A stretch of 63,439 bases of DNA, counting the filler, from Octopus bimaculoides (lineage: Eukaryota): NCBI RefSeq assembly GCF_001194135.2. It is 5 parts of 3 records of this genome, joined end to end, with 100 filler letters (N's around TTAATTAATTAA, not from the genome) between each part and the next. Parts side by side here need not be neighbours in the genome. Positions count along the whole stretch, not along the records: positions 46,568 to 58,218 come from NC_068986.1; positions 58,319 to 61,321 come from NW_026423971.1; positions 61,422 to 63,439 come from NC_068981.1; 2 more parts are not named here. The stretch is one strand, 5' to 3'. The position numbers and the translations under genes were made by a program. Each line of letters starts with the position of its first letter. Position 1 is the first letter of the stretch. Under the pieces are notes generated by a model. The model did no database searches and had not been told where the DNA came from. It was given only the letters and a program-made list of their open reading frames with translations. Of the stretch, positions 49,871 to 63,088 are shown in pieces.

Positions 49871-52535
49871 ATACATACAAACACACATGTATATATCCAT
49901 AAGTATACAGAATGCATATATATATATGCATATTTATATGTTATATGTATATACTTTTGTTGTATACATACATAGAAATATATTTACACCAACATATATA
50001 TTACCAACTCTACTACTACTACTACTACTACTACTAAAAGCACTATGTTTGCACGTTGATCTACGAACCTTACTTAATAAAGTGTGCTCAATATGCGCAT
50101 TAGAGGAAATATATACTCTATTGCCAGACAATTCTGTGTATGTGTACGATTCATGTATGAGTATATAAATGTATCTGTGAATTTGTGTTGTGTGTGTGTA
50201 TGTGTGTGCGTGTGTGCGTGCGTGTGTTTGTATTTTCGTGTGGGCGTGTGTATTTGTGCGTATGCTTGTGTTTTTGTGTGTATAGACATATAGCCACAAA
50301 TACGAATACAGAAATGCATAATTTCATTACTGAGCTCTCGCTTTGTAGCTTCTTCAATTCCTAATAAACATACACATGCGTGATATCAGTCAAAATATGC
50401 ACAACGTCCATATTTTTCTGGACTAGTCTTCCATTTTGGTCGGAATGAACTCTTAGGATTCTTGACTAAAGACCATACATTAGACTACATTAAAAACACA
50501 TCGCGAGACTGATATTGATATGTATGTATGCATGCATGCATGTATGTATGTATGTATGTATGTGTGTATGTATGTGTGTGTGTATGAATGTGTGTATGTA
50601 TGATATTATGTGTACTATGTATCTACGTATGATTTTTTTATTATGTAATTAATGTGGCTATTAAAATAAGAATATTACATAAATCTTATCGTTTATTTTG
50701 TACCCTTTACTTTTGAATTCTGTTTAAATATACCCATCAAGCCAACTTGTGTTTATCAATCTTTTTACTTATTATATATATATANNNNNNNNNNNNNNNN
50801 NNNNNNNNNNNNNNNNNNATATATATATGTATGTATGTATGTATATATATATATGTATGTATGTATGTATATATATATATATATGTATGTATGTATATAT
50901 ATATATATACATATGCATACATAAATGCGTACATAAATTGATACATATTTATGTGTGTGTGTATTCATGTGTATATGGGTGTATATGTAATTGCTTATTC
51001 GTGCCTTCTATCTGTTTCTTATGGCGCACTCTGTATTTTATAGTTTATATTGTATTTAAGCGTTTGATTGAAATACAAGACAAACATTAAAAAAGAAACA
51101 TATTATCCATTGTTTAATCCCATTTCAGCCCCGATCAAACAGCCATTCCAACTTCCGTAGTTAAGTACTTTTTGTTTCGTAGCAGGTGGAGTTTTGAAAT
51201 AGCTGTGTTCTTCGCATTCCCACATTTCCAGTGAAGGAAAAAGAGCAGTTTTTTTCTTTCATTTTTTATTATCCGTCTAGTATCCTTTTTCTTTTTTCTT
51301 TTGGAAATATTTGAGTTTTTCTATATTTTTCTTCACTCCCTCATATCCATAAATGTTTCCTTTCTCATGAGGTGTAGGATTTAAGCGGCAGCTACATTTA
51401 TATAGGGCTATATCATCCAACGTCTTCTTGCATTTTTAAGGCAATAGAGTGTAATATGAGGGAGATTTATCTGTTATTTCTTACAGAGTGAGTGACGATG
51501 TACGGACCAGTGAGTCTCTCATAGGTCAATGAGTAAATGTAGAGAATCGTGAAAGTTCAAAACATTATGTTTTATATAAAAGGCCAAAACTAAAACGAAA
51601 TATTGTTTGCTATAGAAGTACTTCAATAGTCTAAAACAGGAAGTCCATAATGCCTTCTGTCATTAAATCTCATACTTAAATACTTATAAGATGGCTCAAT
51701 GTATCTCCACACGAATTTTAACACTTTTACTGCGGAAAGAGGATGTAGCCATTCAAAATTGCATTACACTTAACTGCAGAAAACAGTTTTATATACCAAT
51801 CTATCTTTTTGAGGAGTGCCATTTTTGAAACTAGTTTCTGTTGAGATATGTCAAGTTTACTGAGGATGCGTGACTTATAGAAAATACTAATTCTATTTTT
51901 GGTAGATATGTAACATCAGTATTGGAATAAGCCCGAGATATAATTTCGCAAGGTTGCGTATTAAAATGAAAGCTCTTTTTTACTTTGAAAACCGTGGGTG
52001 TGTATATATTGATTTTGCGCATGTTCAACCAGATACTGAGAATTCGGCGTTTATTCATGAGCACTTATCTTTATTTAAGAAAGCAGAAAAACAAAAATTA
52101 CAAATATTTGGTGACAGTGAAGATAATAAACTCTTAATTTTAATATTTAATATACAAATAAATCGAACAATTGTAAAAGTACAATGGTTGAACCAAAAGA
52201 AAGAAAATGGAAGAGAAAGAGTCAGGAGGAAGAAACGAGAAGTTATATAATCTACATAGCTTAAATGTATAACAGAGAAAGGGTCATAAACTAGTAAGAA
52301 AGAGAGAGAGAGAAAGCGAAAGAAAGGAAGCAAAAACGGTGAGAATACGACAGCATAATTGCATCGTCGTATAATGTATGATGTATTAGATCTATAACTA
52401 TGTATGTATGTATGTATGCATGTATGCATGTATGCATGCATGTATGTGTAGCTATCTATCTATGAATGTGTAAACGTGTATGCACATATATATAAGTGTG
52501 CTTATATACTATATAATAAACACACACACACACAT

Positions 52536-52570
<35 letters not shown>

Positions 52571-53239
52571 AATAGTATATAAACACATATATACATGAAT
52601 ATATACATACGCACACACACTCAAACACACACACACACACACACATATAGAGAGAGAGTAAGAGAGAGAGTGAGAGAGAGAGCGGGTGAAAGAGAGAGAG
52701 AGAGAGATCATAGACATACATATGTATCTGTGCGTGTGTGTGTATGCACAGGGGAAGAAAGAAGAAGAAGAAGGAGAAGAAGAAGGAGAAGAAGAGCAAC
52801 AACTGCAACAGCAGCGATCATCTTTAAAAATGCGGAGGTTGTTCGAATCACAGAGAAAGGCGAAGAATTTGTCAACCATAAGAACAAAGAATGGAATCAT
52901 TTAGAGAAATAATATGGAGAACAGGGAAACACCTGACAGTTGCTGACGTAAATATATCTATGGGAAAATCTTTGAAGCAAGTGTTACTGCTGCTGCTGCT
53001 GCGGCTTGTTGTTTAGCCCCGAGTCACTGCTGGTCCATCGTTTCCATCCCGTTTATTTTTATACATTTGTTTATTTCTATCATTGTGTATACCTGTTTAC
53101 ATCATTATAATGTTTTTCCGCTTTTTTTTTTTTTTTTGGTGTGTCTTATATTTTCTAAAGTGTCCTTCCTTTAAGGGTGAAGATTTAGCTACCGTACTTA
53201 GTCAACCTATAATAGAGCCTCCCACGTTGGTTCGTTGAC

Positions 53240-53710
53240 TCGGATGTTGTTTAGACCTTGCTCAGTCCTGATCGAACAGAAATAGGAAATGATATCCAAG
53301 CGTGACTATCGCATCATTTGGAAAACATCTACAGATACATCGTCCGACGGTAGGATGTACATTGAGGGAGAGTTGGCTGATTTTTCTAGCTTGTTAATAG
53401 ACCACATAGAGTCTCCTCCTCCCGTTCAATAGTTGAAGCGAGGGCTGTTGTTGATTAGCTCCATGTTACTGAAATGGATTTTATAATGTTTGTTTATATC
53501 GTTCTTGATTTTTATTGTTTAGCACCAGGTATGTTCTGATCTCGCACTCCTATGATCGAAAGTTTTCAAGCCGGGCCCATCCCGTCTCTGTCATATGTGT
53601 AGGCAACCAAGGATCAAATCATTGAAAGCGTCCCTTTTTAAAACAGTAGGGTGGTATTTGAGGTAGATTTGTTTACTATTTCTAGCAAGATGAACAACCA
53701 CGTAGTTTCC
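53240..53710 (-). mobile_element. cluster of family I fragments
   Basis: GAGAGTTGGCTGATTTTTCTAGC (53390) and GATTTGTTTACTATTTCTAGCAAG (53670). Confidence 0.5.
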
Positions 53711-54205
53711 CTTGTTAGCACGCTGAACCGAATTTTCTGTGTAGGTGTTGAATATATTATCAAATATCCACGTGGGTGGACACAGATATATCGAATTATA
53801 ATGAACCGCCATCTCATGCTGTTTTACGCAAACTGCTAGATATAGCAGTCAAATCATCCTCAAATCATAATCTACTGTCATAGAAGAGAGAATATATATT
53901 GGGTAAGGTAGTCGAAGATATCACAAAAGAAAGAAAAAAAGAAAAAGAAAATTTCGATGGTCATGTTAAGCTTTCTTTTGATTAATAGTACTGCTAATTA
54001 GTCACAACAGCAATTCGTGTTTTAGTTTTATTATTGTTTATTTCCATATTCAGACTTTTAACTATGTATGTTAAAGTGTATATAAACGCCTACATTCATA
54101 CATATATCTTTCTGTATTTATAGAATAGATAGATAGATAGATAGATAGATAGACATACATACATACATACATAAATACATACATACAGACACACAGACAT
54201 AATAC

Positions 54206-54265
<60 letters not shown>

Positions 54266-54659
54266 GCAGGTATATACATACATAACGCACACACACACAT
54301 GCAAATATACGTAGGTTTATGCATGGCCGCAGTCAAATGACAAACAAATAAAAGAATAAAAGAATATGTATCTATCGTTCTAACCTCTGCTTACATATCT
54401 ATTTAGGAATCTATCTATCTATCTATCTGTCTATCTATCTATCTGTCAACATATGTACCTATCTACCTATTTACCTATCTACCTGTCAACCCAGCTACTT
54501 TGCTGTTTTCCTACCATCCACATAACTGTTGCTATTGCTGTCACTGTGGTAGTACAGTCATTGTTGATGTTGTTGGGCTTCTGTCGTTGTTGATTTTTCA
54601 TGTTGACTGTGGCTGTTTTTGTTTTTTTGTAGGTGATAGCTTCCAGTCCTAGTGACAAC

Positions 54660-55410
54660 GATGTTGATGATGACGAGGCGGAGATGGAAGGGGAGGAGGA
54701 GGAGGAGTTGGAAGAAGGGGAGGAGGGAAAGCAGTAAGGAGAGGAAGGGGAAGAGGAAGTGGAGGGCGAGAAGAACGTGGACGACGACGATGACAAGGAC
54801 AATGATGACGTTGACAACGACGACGTCGTTCATTTTGCTGATCTATACATTTCTTACGGACGTCGTTTATGTGCGTTATCAGTAGCAGTGGTTAGCAGTA
54901 GTAGTGGTGGTGGTGGTGGTAGTGGTGGTGGTAGTGGTGGTGGTAGTGGTGGCGGTGGTGGTGGTGGTGGTCGGTGGTGGTGGTGATGTTTTGGTGGTTG
55001 TGTTTGTAATGGTCGGGGTGGTAGGTATATCGATAATAGTAGTGATAGTAGTGGTGGTAGTTTAATAGTAGTAGCAATGTCCTTGCAGTGACGGTAGCGG
55101 TTACGTGGTTGTTGTTGTTGTTGGTGGTGGTGGTACGATCATCGTTGACTATATTGTGGTGCTGGTGATGTCGGTGACGGTGGTAGTGGTGGCGGTGGTG
55201 GTGGTGGTGGTGGTGTTGGTGGTAGTGTTCGTAAAACTATCATCGTAATGGTTGTAGTGCTGGTGACAATGATGCTACTACTGTTAGTAGTAATGGTGAC
55301 GGCAACACTGATGATGGTGGTAATGGTGGTGGTGGTGGTGGTGGCGGTGGCTTTGGTGGTGGTGATGCTGTTGCTAGCTCTTTTGTAAGAGGAGGATGAT
55401 GATGATGCTA
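54660..55410. repeat. extended (GGA)/(GAC)/(GGT)/(TAG) trinucleotide low-complexity block
   Basis: Visible; no coherent frame. Confidence 0.9.
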
Positions 55411-55479
55411 TTAATGTTAATTTTCAAGTCAACCCCTAATCGATAAAACCTAAAAATCGAAGACACAGTTCCAGCCTTG

Positions 55480-55870
55480 ACTATCATGACATTTCCTCCA
55501 ACATAGTATTAAGGGCTTCATGACATGAAGTAACCTTCTAATCTTTTCATGATCAAATATGAATGAAATTTGGCTGCTATTTCGAAGCGCTGAATGACCA
55601 CCTTCAGGCCTATTTATTGCTCTGGGTGACATCTATTGGCGATGGTCCAAAGTTTGTTGTTATGTCTGTTGTCTAAGCCACTGTCATCCACAACCAGCAC
55701 CAGATTAACCCTGATTGAGAATATTTAGGATCAAAGGCGTTGTACCTGTAACCGTCTGTTTATCACAAAGCACTACATTGCTTTATATATTCCTTTTAAA
55801 ACACTACAGTGTAATGTGAAGGTGATTTTGGCTGCAATTTCTCGTAGATTGCGTGTCCATAGACACATCT
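55480..55870 (-). mobile_element. two family I fragments
   Basis: AAATTTGGCTGCTATTTCG (55570) and GATTTTGGCTGCAATTTCTCG (55830). Confidence 0.5.
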
Positions 55871-56003
55871 TGGTAGTGATAATGTTAGTGTGGTTATTAG
55901 TGTGGTAATGATTGTGATGGTGGAGACTTGTGTTTTTGCTGTTTCAGTTTAGTGGGGCAAGTTTGGTCATTGAAGGATGATGTTTATCTTTGTTTCTTGT
56001 AGT

Positions 56004-56396
56004 GGAGGCGCAATGGCCCAGTGGTTAGGGCAGCGGACTCGCGGTCATAGGATCGCGGTTTCGATTCCCATACCGGGCGTTGTGTGTGTTTATTGAGCGA
56101 AAACCCCTAAAGGTCCACGAGGCTCCGGCAGGGGATGGTGGCGAACCCTGCAGTACTCTTTCACCACAACTTTCTCTCACTCTTACTTCTTGTTTCTGTT
56201 GTGCCTGTAATTCAAAGGGTCAGCCTTGTCACACTCTGTGTCACGCTGAATATCCCCGAGAACTCCGTTCAGGGTACACATGTCTGTGGAGTGCTCAGCC
56301 ACTTGCACGTTAATTTCACGAGCAGGCTGTTCCGTTGATCGGATCAACTGGAACCCTCGACGTCGTAAGCGACGGAGTGCCAACAGCAACAACAAC
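56004..56396 (+). mobile_element. full-length young tRNA(Arg-like)-headed SINE, family B
   Basis: A box TGGCCCAGTGG, B box GTTTCGATTCC, body, tail GACGGAGTGCCAACAGCAACAACAAC. Confidence 0.9.
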
Positions 56397-57659
56397 ATTG
56401 TTTCTTGTGACAATAAATAGTAAGTGATTAAGCTGCTTCAACTGTTACCGATGCAATTGTTGATGATGGCCATGATGTTAATGATTAAAAAAAAAGATGA
56501 AGTGACAGTGAGAAACCGAGAGAGAGAAAGAGAGAGAGAGAGAGGGGGGGGGGAAGTGTGAGCGAAAGATAAATATGGAAGGAACAGAGGTAGAGAGGGA
56601 TAGTGTGAGTGAAGAGGTAGGAGCGATAGGTCAATGTATATGATGTTGATACTATTGTCAATGACGCTTTTAAATAAAATTTCCATCATGTTTGCACATT
56701 TGCTAGTAGTAGTAGTAGTAGTAGTAGTTGTTGTTGTTCATGTTATTGTTGTTGTTGTTGTTGTCGTCGTTGTTGATGTCATTGTTATTGGAATTTATAG
56801 CCGCCAGTTCAAGCCTTACCGAGGCTAGACAACAAGGGAGATCACTCAAAAAATTCATTCGAACGAACAGTTAGAAACAACAGCCAAATCTCTCTCACAT
56901 CAAACCATCATACCGAGAAAGAATTGCCTATTGGATAAAGTACACTCGAGAACACCTTGCTTTGGCACACAGTATCGTTACCACTGGAACGGAATAGCTG
57001 ATGCCACAGTTTCCCTCTAACAAGAACAAAAACAACCACAGTTACTGAAAACGTGTTGTGTCCTTGTGTAGAAGTTGAAGGTGGTTTGGTAGCTATTTCT
57101 GAAAGATCGAGCAAAAAATATACATCTGCCTTGCTGGTGTTTGCTAGCAGCATTACTGTTGATCTTGTGGCTACTGCTTCCGTCAATTTTTATGACATGG
57201 TGTAATTTTAAGGAGATTTGACAGCTATTTCTCGGAGGTTGAAGAAGCCAATAGAATCAAACTTGCTGTTGTTACTGATGTCGTTGCTGCTGTTGCCATT
57301 CTTTCCCTGGTCTCCAGGTGTATTTAAACGTGTTGTAAACTGCGACTATAGATACTGAAGATGCCGTGGATGATGAAGTAGATTTAAAATATGCCAGAGA
57401 TGCAACATTCTTACTCCATACACCTTTCCATTTGTAACTAAAGTATACTGCTCACTGTTGTCATGGAAACGGCGTGCTTCTAATCTTTACTCTCTGCCCT
57501 TTGTGACTTTTCTCCTTTCACTTACCATACAAGCCCTATTGTTAGAGTATTGTGTACAAATCAAAAACAAAAGTATAAAGTACATGTAACGCTAATTCTC
57601 CCCGAACAATACTACTAAAAGACACATAGATATACAAACATACATACTTATATGGTAAC

Positions 57660-57691
<32 letters not shown>

Positions 57692-57870
57692 ACAGACAAA
57701 CGGATGGACAGACAAACGGATAGATAGATAGATAGATAGATAGATACATAGATAGATAGATAGATAGATGGATATATTTCTTTTATTAGCCACACAGGGC
57801 TTTAAACAGAGGGAACAAATACAATGTAGAGGTTTTCTTTTTGGGGAGGGGGAAGGAGAGAGAAAAAAAG

Positions 57871-57902
<32 letters not shown>

Positions 57903-57947
57903 GTGTTAAACTGTAATATATAGCGTATATGATATACAATATGCTTT

Positions 57948-58150
57948 ATTTTTTACTTGTTTTAAGCATTAGATTGCAGCTGTGCTGGAGCACCACCTTG
58001 ATTAATTTTAGTTGAAAGAATCGACCCCAGTACTTATATTTTAATCCTAGTACTTATTTAATCGGTATCCTTTGACGAAACTCCGGTTGGCTGGGACGTA
58101 AACACACAAACATCGTTGATCAAGCAACAGTGGCGGAGAAACAAAGACCC
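57948..58150 (-). mobile_element. family A SINE 3' part
   Basis: TGTGCTGGAGCACCACC...TCGACCCCAG...GGACGTAAACACAC. Confidence 0.75.
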
Positions 58151-58170
58151 ATAAACATATATGTCTGTGC

Positions 58171-58218
<48 letters not shown>

Positions 58219-58324
58219 NNNNNNNNNNNNNNNNNNNNNNNNNNNNNNNNNNNNNNNNNNNNTTAATTAATTAANNNNNNNNNNNNNNNNNNNNNNNNNN
58301 NNNNNNNNNNNNNNNNNNCATCCT

Positions 58325-60055
58325 CTGCTTTCAATTTTGTTTCCATTTCTTACCGAGTGCCTTCCCGACATTTAGGGCAAAGAAACTCACTGCATACATT
58401 GATAAGCCATTAAAATAAAGACACCANNNNNNNNNNTGTTCATTTACAAAGTCATGTGATAGAGAAAAAGGGGAAGAAAGAAACAAAGAAAAAGGAAAAA
58501 ATGAAAAAATAAACAAAGGAAATAACGTGACAAAAAAAGAAAATTCATAGTGACAATGCTCACNNNNNNNNNNAAAGGAAATAACGTGACAAAAAAAGAA
58601 AATTCATAGTGACAATGCTCACATTTCCTGTATGGTGGTAAGCCAGGGATCAGTCTTAAATAATTTTCACTTTCATTTTGATCATTCCAAGTGGCCCTAC
58701 AATCACTGGATCATTTTGTCAGTGTTGACTGGAAAATCCCAGAGGATAGTGATATNNNNNNNNNNACCTTCAATGACTGGCTAAGGATGATGTTCATACC
58801 AGTTAGTAGGAGTGCTGTTTTTGTAGTGTATATATATTTTTCAGTGTAAATATTGCCCTACTCTAATGTGATTTTTGTATTCGTTTGGGGTCAGAACAGG
58901 ACATTCCAAACTGAGATGGTNNNNNNNNNNTTTTTGTATTCGTTTGGGGTCAGAACAGGACATTCCAAACTGAGATGGTCTACTGTTTAGTCAACTGAGT
59001 CTCAGAATCTGCATTTAGGATCAGTACCATTTGAAGAACATTAGCCCAATAATTTCTGATAAGCAAGCTTCGATCTTGTGCTGCAAGTATGAAACCTTCA
59101 GTATTTGCTTTCAATCCTGAATTCCTCAGCCACTGGTGGGTTGTTGCCTTGTCTACATCAGCATTTTGACTTTGCAAAATGCATTGCTCATGCAGGAGCT
59201 TCTGACTCCACTGCTCCTCACTTTGTTTCTGTCCGTTCTTTTTNNNNNNNNNNGGAGCTTCTGACTCCACTGCTCCTCACTTTGTTTCTGTCCGTTCTTT
59301 TTTACAGTCTGCCTGATTTGTTTTACATCATTGGGAGCAATGGTTTCAGGTTCTTCATCTAATTCAGGGCTAATGCCAAGTTCTCTTGCAAATATATAAG
59401 CTTCCTTGACAATAGAATGCAACTTTTACCTGCTTTCATGTTCACACACAAGTTGTAGGATCCAGTCCTCTGGATCAGATAAGTACCTGTTCACTGCTAT
59501 TGTTGAGGCCTTATAGCACAGTTCTAACTGCATCAATCCTCTTCCTCCATTACTTCTAGGTAGTACAAACAATCAATATCTGCTTTTGGGTGGTGCATAT
59601 TCTTAAATGTTAATAGTTTTCTTGTTTTCCTATCTAGGCTTTGGAGGTCCGTAGGATTCCAGTTAATGATGTTAAAACTGTACTGGACTACTGGAAATGC
59701 CAGAGTATTAATGGGTTTGATGCGAGTTTTCGAATTGTGCTTAGTTTTAAGTATAAATCTTATTCTCCTGTAGTACTCTTTTCATATTTCTTCCTTCATA
59801 AAAACATCTCCTTCGTTTATCCCCAGGTATTTTATAACTTCTTGTGGGTCAAGTTCCTTGGTGGTAGCATCGGTATCTAATTTAATGGAAGCTGTTTGTC
59901 TGAGCTTGTCTCTTACAAAAGTTGCTTTAGCACACATATGAAGGCCAAAATCCATCCTAGCGTCATTGCTAAACTCCTTAACAGTTCTTAGCAGCCTTCT
60001 AGTTCTTGGTAATTCCAAGCAAACAGCTCCATGTAAAAAAGATGGTTAAAAATGA
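58325..60055 (-). mobile_element. 3' 1.7 kb of an RLE-type (R4/Dong/HERO-like) LINE, decayed
   Basis: In order: degraded NHLFYM(DD) RT motif, DFGL..CAK, KYLGI, LKANTEGFILAAQDRSL, HL..CPVL..NEY CCHC region, ILWDFPV, PVIVG.LG, then 3' UTR. Confidence 0.9.
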
Positions 60056-61275
60056 GGGAAAAGATCAGAATAGACAAGNNNNNNNNNNNNNNNNNNNNNN
60101 NNNNNNNNNNNNNNNNNNNNNNNNNNNNNNNNNNNNNNNNNNNNNNNNNNTATAAATTAGAGTGGCATAAAGGACACTGTTTTTACTTGGTTCTTTATTA
60201 TATAATTAGTATTGATTAATGATTTGCAGACAAATTGTAGTTGTTCCTTAGTTATTATTGTGAGTTAAGAGAAATATTAAGAAAATGAATGTCTTTGTGG
60301 GCTTCAGCCAATAGAAAAAAATCACCGGTCATTGGGAAAATTATGGATTTAAAAAAATTAGAATTGAGTTTTAGCAAAACTGTTTCGACTCTATATAAAC
60401 TTTCCTCCTAAAATGTATGGAAATCTGGTCTACAGGACATTTAAAATATATGAACCAACATAGTAATAAACTGGAAATAGTGCTTTGATCTCATACTGAC
60501 ATTAAAACATTGATATGTTTAAAAATTACAAGTGTATAGATTTTCTTGCTCCTAGAATATTTCCTGTACTTGCTTTTCTTGGTGGAAAGCTATTAATATT
60601 TTGGAAAGTTTATAAGACAAAACTTCAAAGTAACAGTTATCTTTTAACGAAATCGTTAACACTATCTACTAAAGGCATTGAGTTCATTATTTAGCTGATG
60701 TTTTGTGCTTGTTCTGTGTGTGTGCGTGCATGTCTGTTTGTGTGTATGTTGGGNNNNNNNNNNGAGAAAATAGCTACTTACAGCTCTAGATACATTTGCA
60801 GGAGGGATTTTTATATTCATTGTTGTATAAATCAGATGAAAAACAAAGGAAGTGGTCGAACCTATGGAAGGATATAAAAGCAAAAGAGAATCATTGTGAT
60901 TATAAATAAGACATGCGTCATAAATGTTGAGGTGAGAGAAGCTGTCAACAGATTCACTTCATTTACAACTGGAAAATGCATGAACACCACATATTTCCAC
61001 TTCTTTTAACAATGGCATTATAGAATTGATAGAGGCATGGAGAAATGAGTAAAAGGTTGGTCAGTTTATATTCTATGGCTTCATTCTTCAGGGTTACAGC
61101 ATTATCATTGCTAGTTGTCAATGAGTAACAGAAACATGAACACTTCTGTGTGATATGTAAAAACTACAACAATTTAACCACCACTCGGAAACTACTCCAA
61201 TTTAATCACACATGCATAAAGTCAAATAAAAATATCTATTCACATTATAACATACATATGTTCCTACATACATAC

Positions 61276-61321
61276 GTGGCACTCCGTCGCTTACGACGTC
61301 GAGGGTTCCAGTTGATCCGAT
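61276..61321 (-). mobile_element. family B SINE tail cut by a gap
   Basis: GTGGCACTCCGTCGCTTACGACGTCGAGGGTTCCAGTTGATCCGAT. Confidence 0.85.
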
Positions 61322-61879
61322 NNNNNNNNNNNNNNNNNNNNNNNNNNNNNNNNNNNNNNNNNNNNTTAATTAATTAANNNNNNNNNNNNNNNNNNNNNNN
61401 NNNNNNNNNNNNNNNNNNNNNAGGAGGGGGAAGTGGAGGAGGACGAGTTCATTTTCTGGTTTCGTTTTTATGTTTTCATTTCTCATTGCGTTTAACGTTT
61501 TTTTGATGACCTGTATCCATATATGCATGTATGTATACATATACATGTAGGTATGTATATATATATATGTATGGATATATGCATGTATCTATATATTATT
61601 TATATTATATATACATATATATATATGTATATATATATATATACACACACATACATATATACGTGATCGATGCTGGGCCTACCTGGCTGGCTCCTGTGCT
61701 TGTGACACATAAAAAGCACCCACTACACTCTTGGAGTGGTTGGCATTTATTGAATGGCATGTGTTTTCTTTGGGGCCATAATATTTAGTCAAAAGAATTT
61801 GACAAACTCAGAAAGTAGGAAGATTTACTCATCAAAATTGAGAAAATATGGCATCTCAGAGCAGTTACAATACCAACGA

Positions 61880-62030
61880 TTGTAGCAGTTCGGCAAAAGA
61901 GACTGGCAGAATAAGTACCTGGCTTACAAAGAATAAGTCCTGGGGGTCGATTCGTCTGACCAAAGGCAGTGCTCCAGCATGGTCACAGCCAAACGACTGA
62001 AACAAGCAAAAGAATAGAAGAATAAAAGAA
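61880..62030 (+). mobile_element. family A SINE 3' part
   Basis: TTCGGCAAAAGAGAC...GAATAAGTCCTGGG...GTGCTCCAGCATGG...GAAACAAGCAAAAGAATA. Confidence 0.8.
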
Positions 62031-62467
62031 TATATAAGTGATTGACTCAGTTTATTGAACTGAATGATATTTCAACAGATTGTCTTTCTTCCTGGGGTTC
62101 AAAATAAAGAATATAAAAAAAAGACACAGAAATACAGAAAACCAAAATATGCAAATTATTTGCATTCCTTTTTAGACAAAATGATGTCATCAGTTTCTGA
62201 TTTTTTTTATAACTGGTAACAAGAAAAAAGAAACACGAAAACAGACAAGAACAGTCAGTCAAAAAGTTTTATGTCAATATGACGGAATTTGCATGTCATT
62301 TTGTTCATTCCTCCAGGACATGATGCTATTGACTCACAAATATGTTTATCCTTGTTTTGAGGACTTAAAGTGCTGTAGAGTCGGAGATTGTGTACTTTCA
62401 GGTGTTCCTGAAAAATTACAGCCATTTGATGTAGAACAGTCAGCAAGTTCTGTTGAATCATTGTTAC

Positions 62468-62638
62468 TGTACATTATTTATATTATTTACATTATTTACA
62501 ATTGACGGATATTTGTCCTCATCTTGTTTGTTGTTAACACAACGTTTCGGCTGATTATACCCTCCAGCCTTCGTCGGGTGTCTTGGGGAAATTTCGAACC
62601 TGGGTTCTCATTCCTCATCTCTTAAATATAGAACTGCA
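62468..62638 (-). mobile_element. second copy of the hammerhead module of 19301-19480
   Basis: Minus strand GACAC-CCGACGA-A-GGCTG-loop-CAGCC-GAAA-CGTT-GTGTT; stems I and II and the AACGTT palindrome intact, U4 mutated to C. Confidence 0.8.
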
Positions 62639-62702
62639 TTGTTATTGTGCTTGATGTCATACCTATACCCATTGAATTATCATCATCATCATTATTATTA
62701 TT

Positions 62703-63010
62703 TTGTCTTTATCACAGATTTTGTTTGAGCTCCTGGAGTCGTGCATGCATAGCGGGCTTGCTACCTGCAGCCTACAGTACCATGCTATCCATTCTTTTCA
62801 GCTATCTAGTTCTTTCCTGATTATTTTGGCTGTGCCAAGAAGGCAAACCTTTTCTAACATTTCTACTGGGCACTCTATTCCAATTTCCTTTATATTCCTC
62901 TTGATGCTTTCTGATACTGTTCCCAGGGACCCAACAATAATTAGCACTATCTTCACCTTCTTCATTTTCCATAGCTGGGCTATTTCGCACTTAAGAGGGT
63001 TGCATCCATC
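62703..63010 (-). mobile_element. RLE-type LINE C-terminus plus 3' UTR, flanked by (TAA)n on both sides
   Basis: LKCEIAQLWKMKKVKIVLIIVGSLGTV...EKVCLLGTAKIIRK. Confidence 0.85.
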
Positions 63011-63031
63011 TAATTATTATTATTATTATTA

Positions 63032-63062
<31 letters not shown>

Positions 63063-63088
63063 GTTGTTGTTGTTGTTGTTGTTGTTGC

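Noticed and set aside
62318-62470. Candidate exon after CCTCCAG (DMMLLTHKYVYPCFEDLKCC...)
   Set aside because: No convincing donor or homology; lies among repeats.
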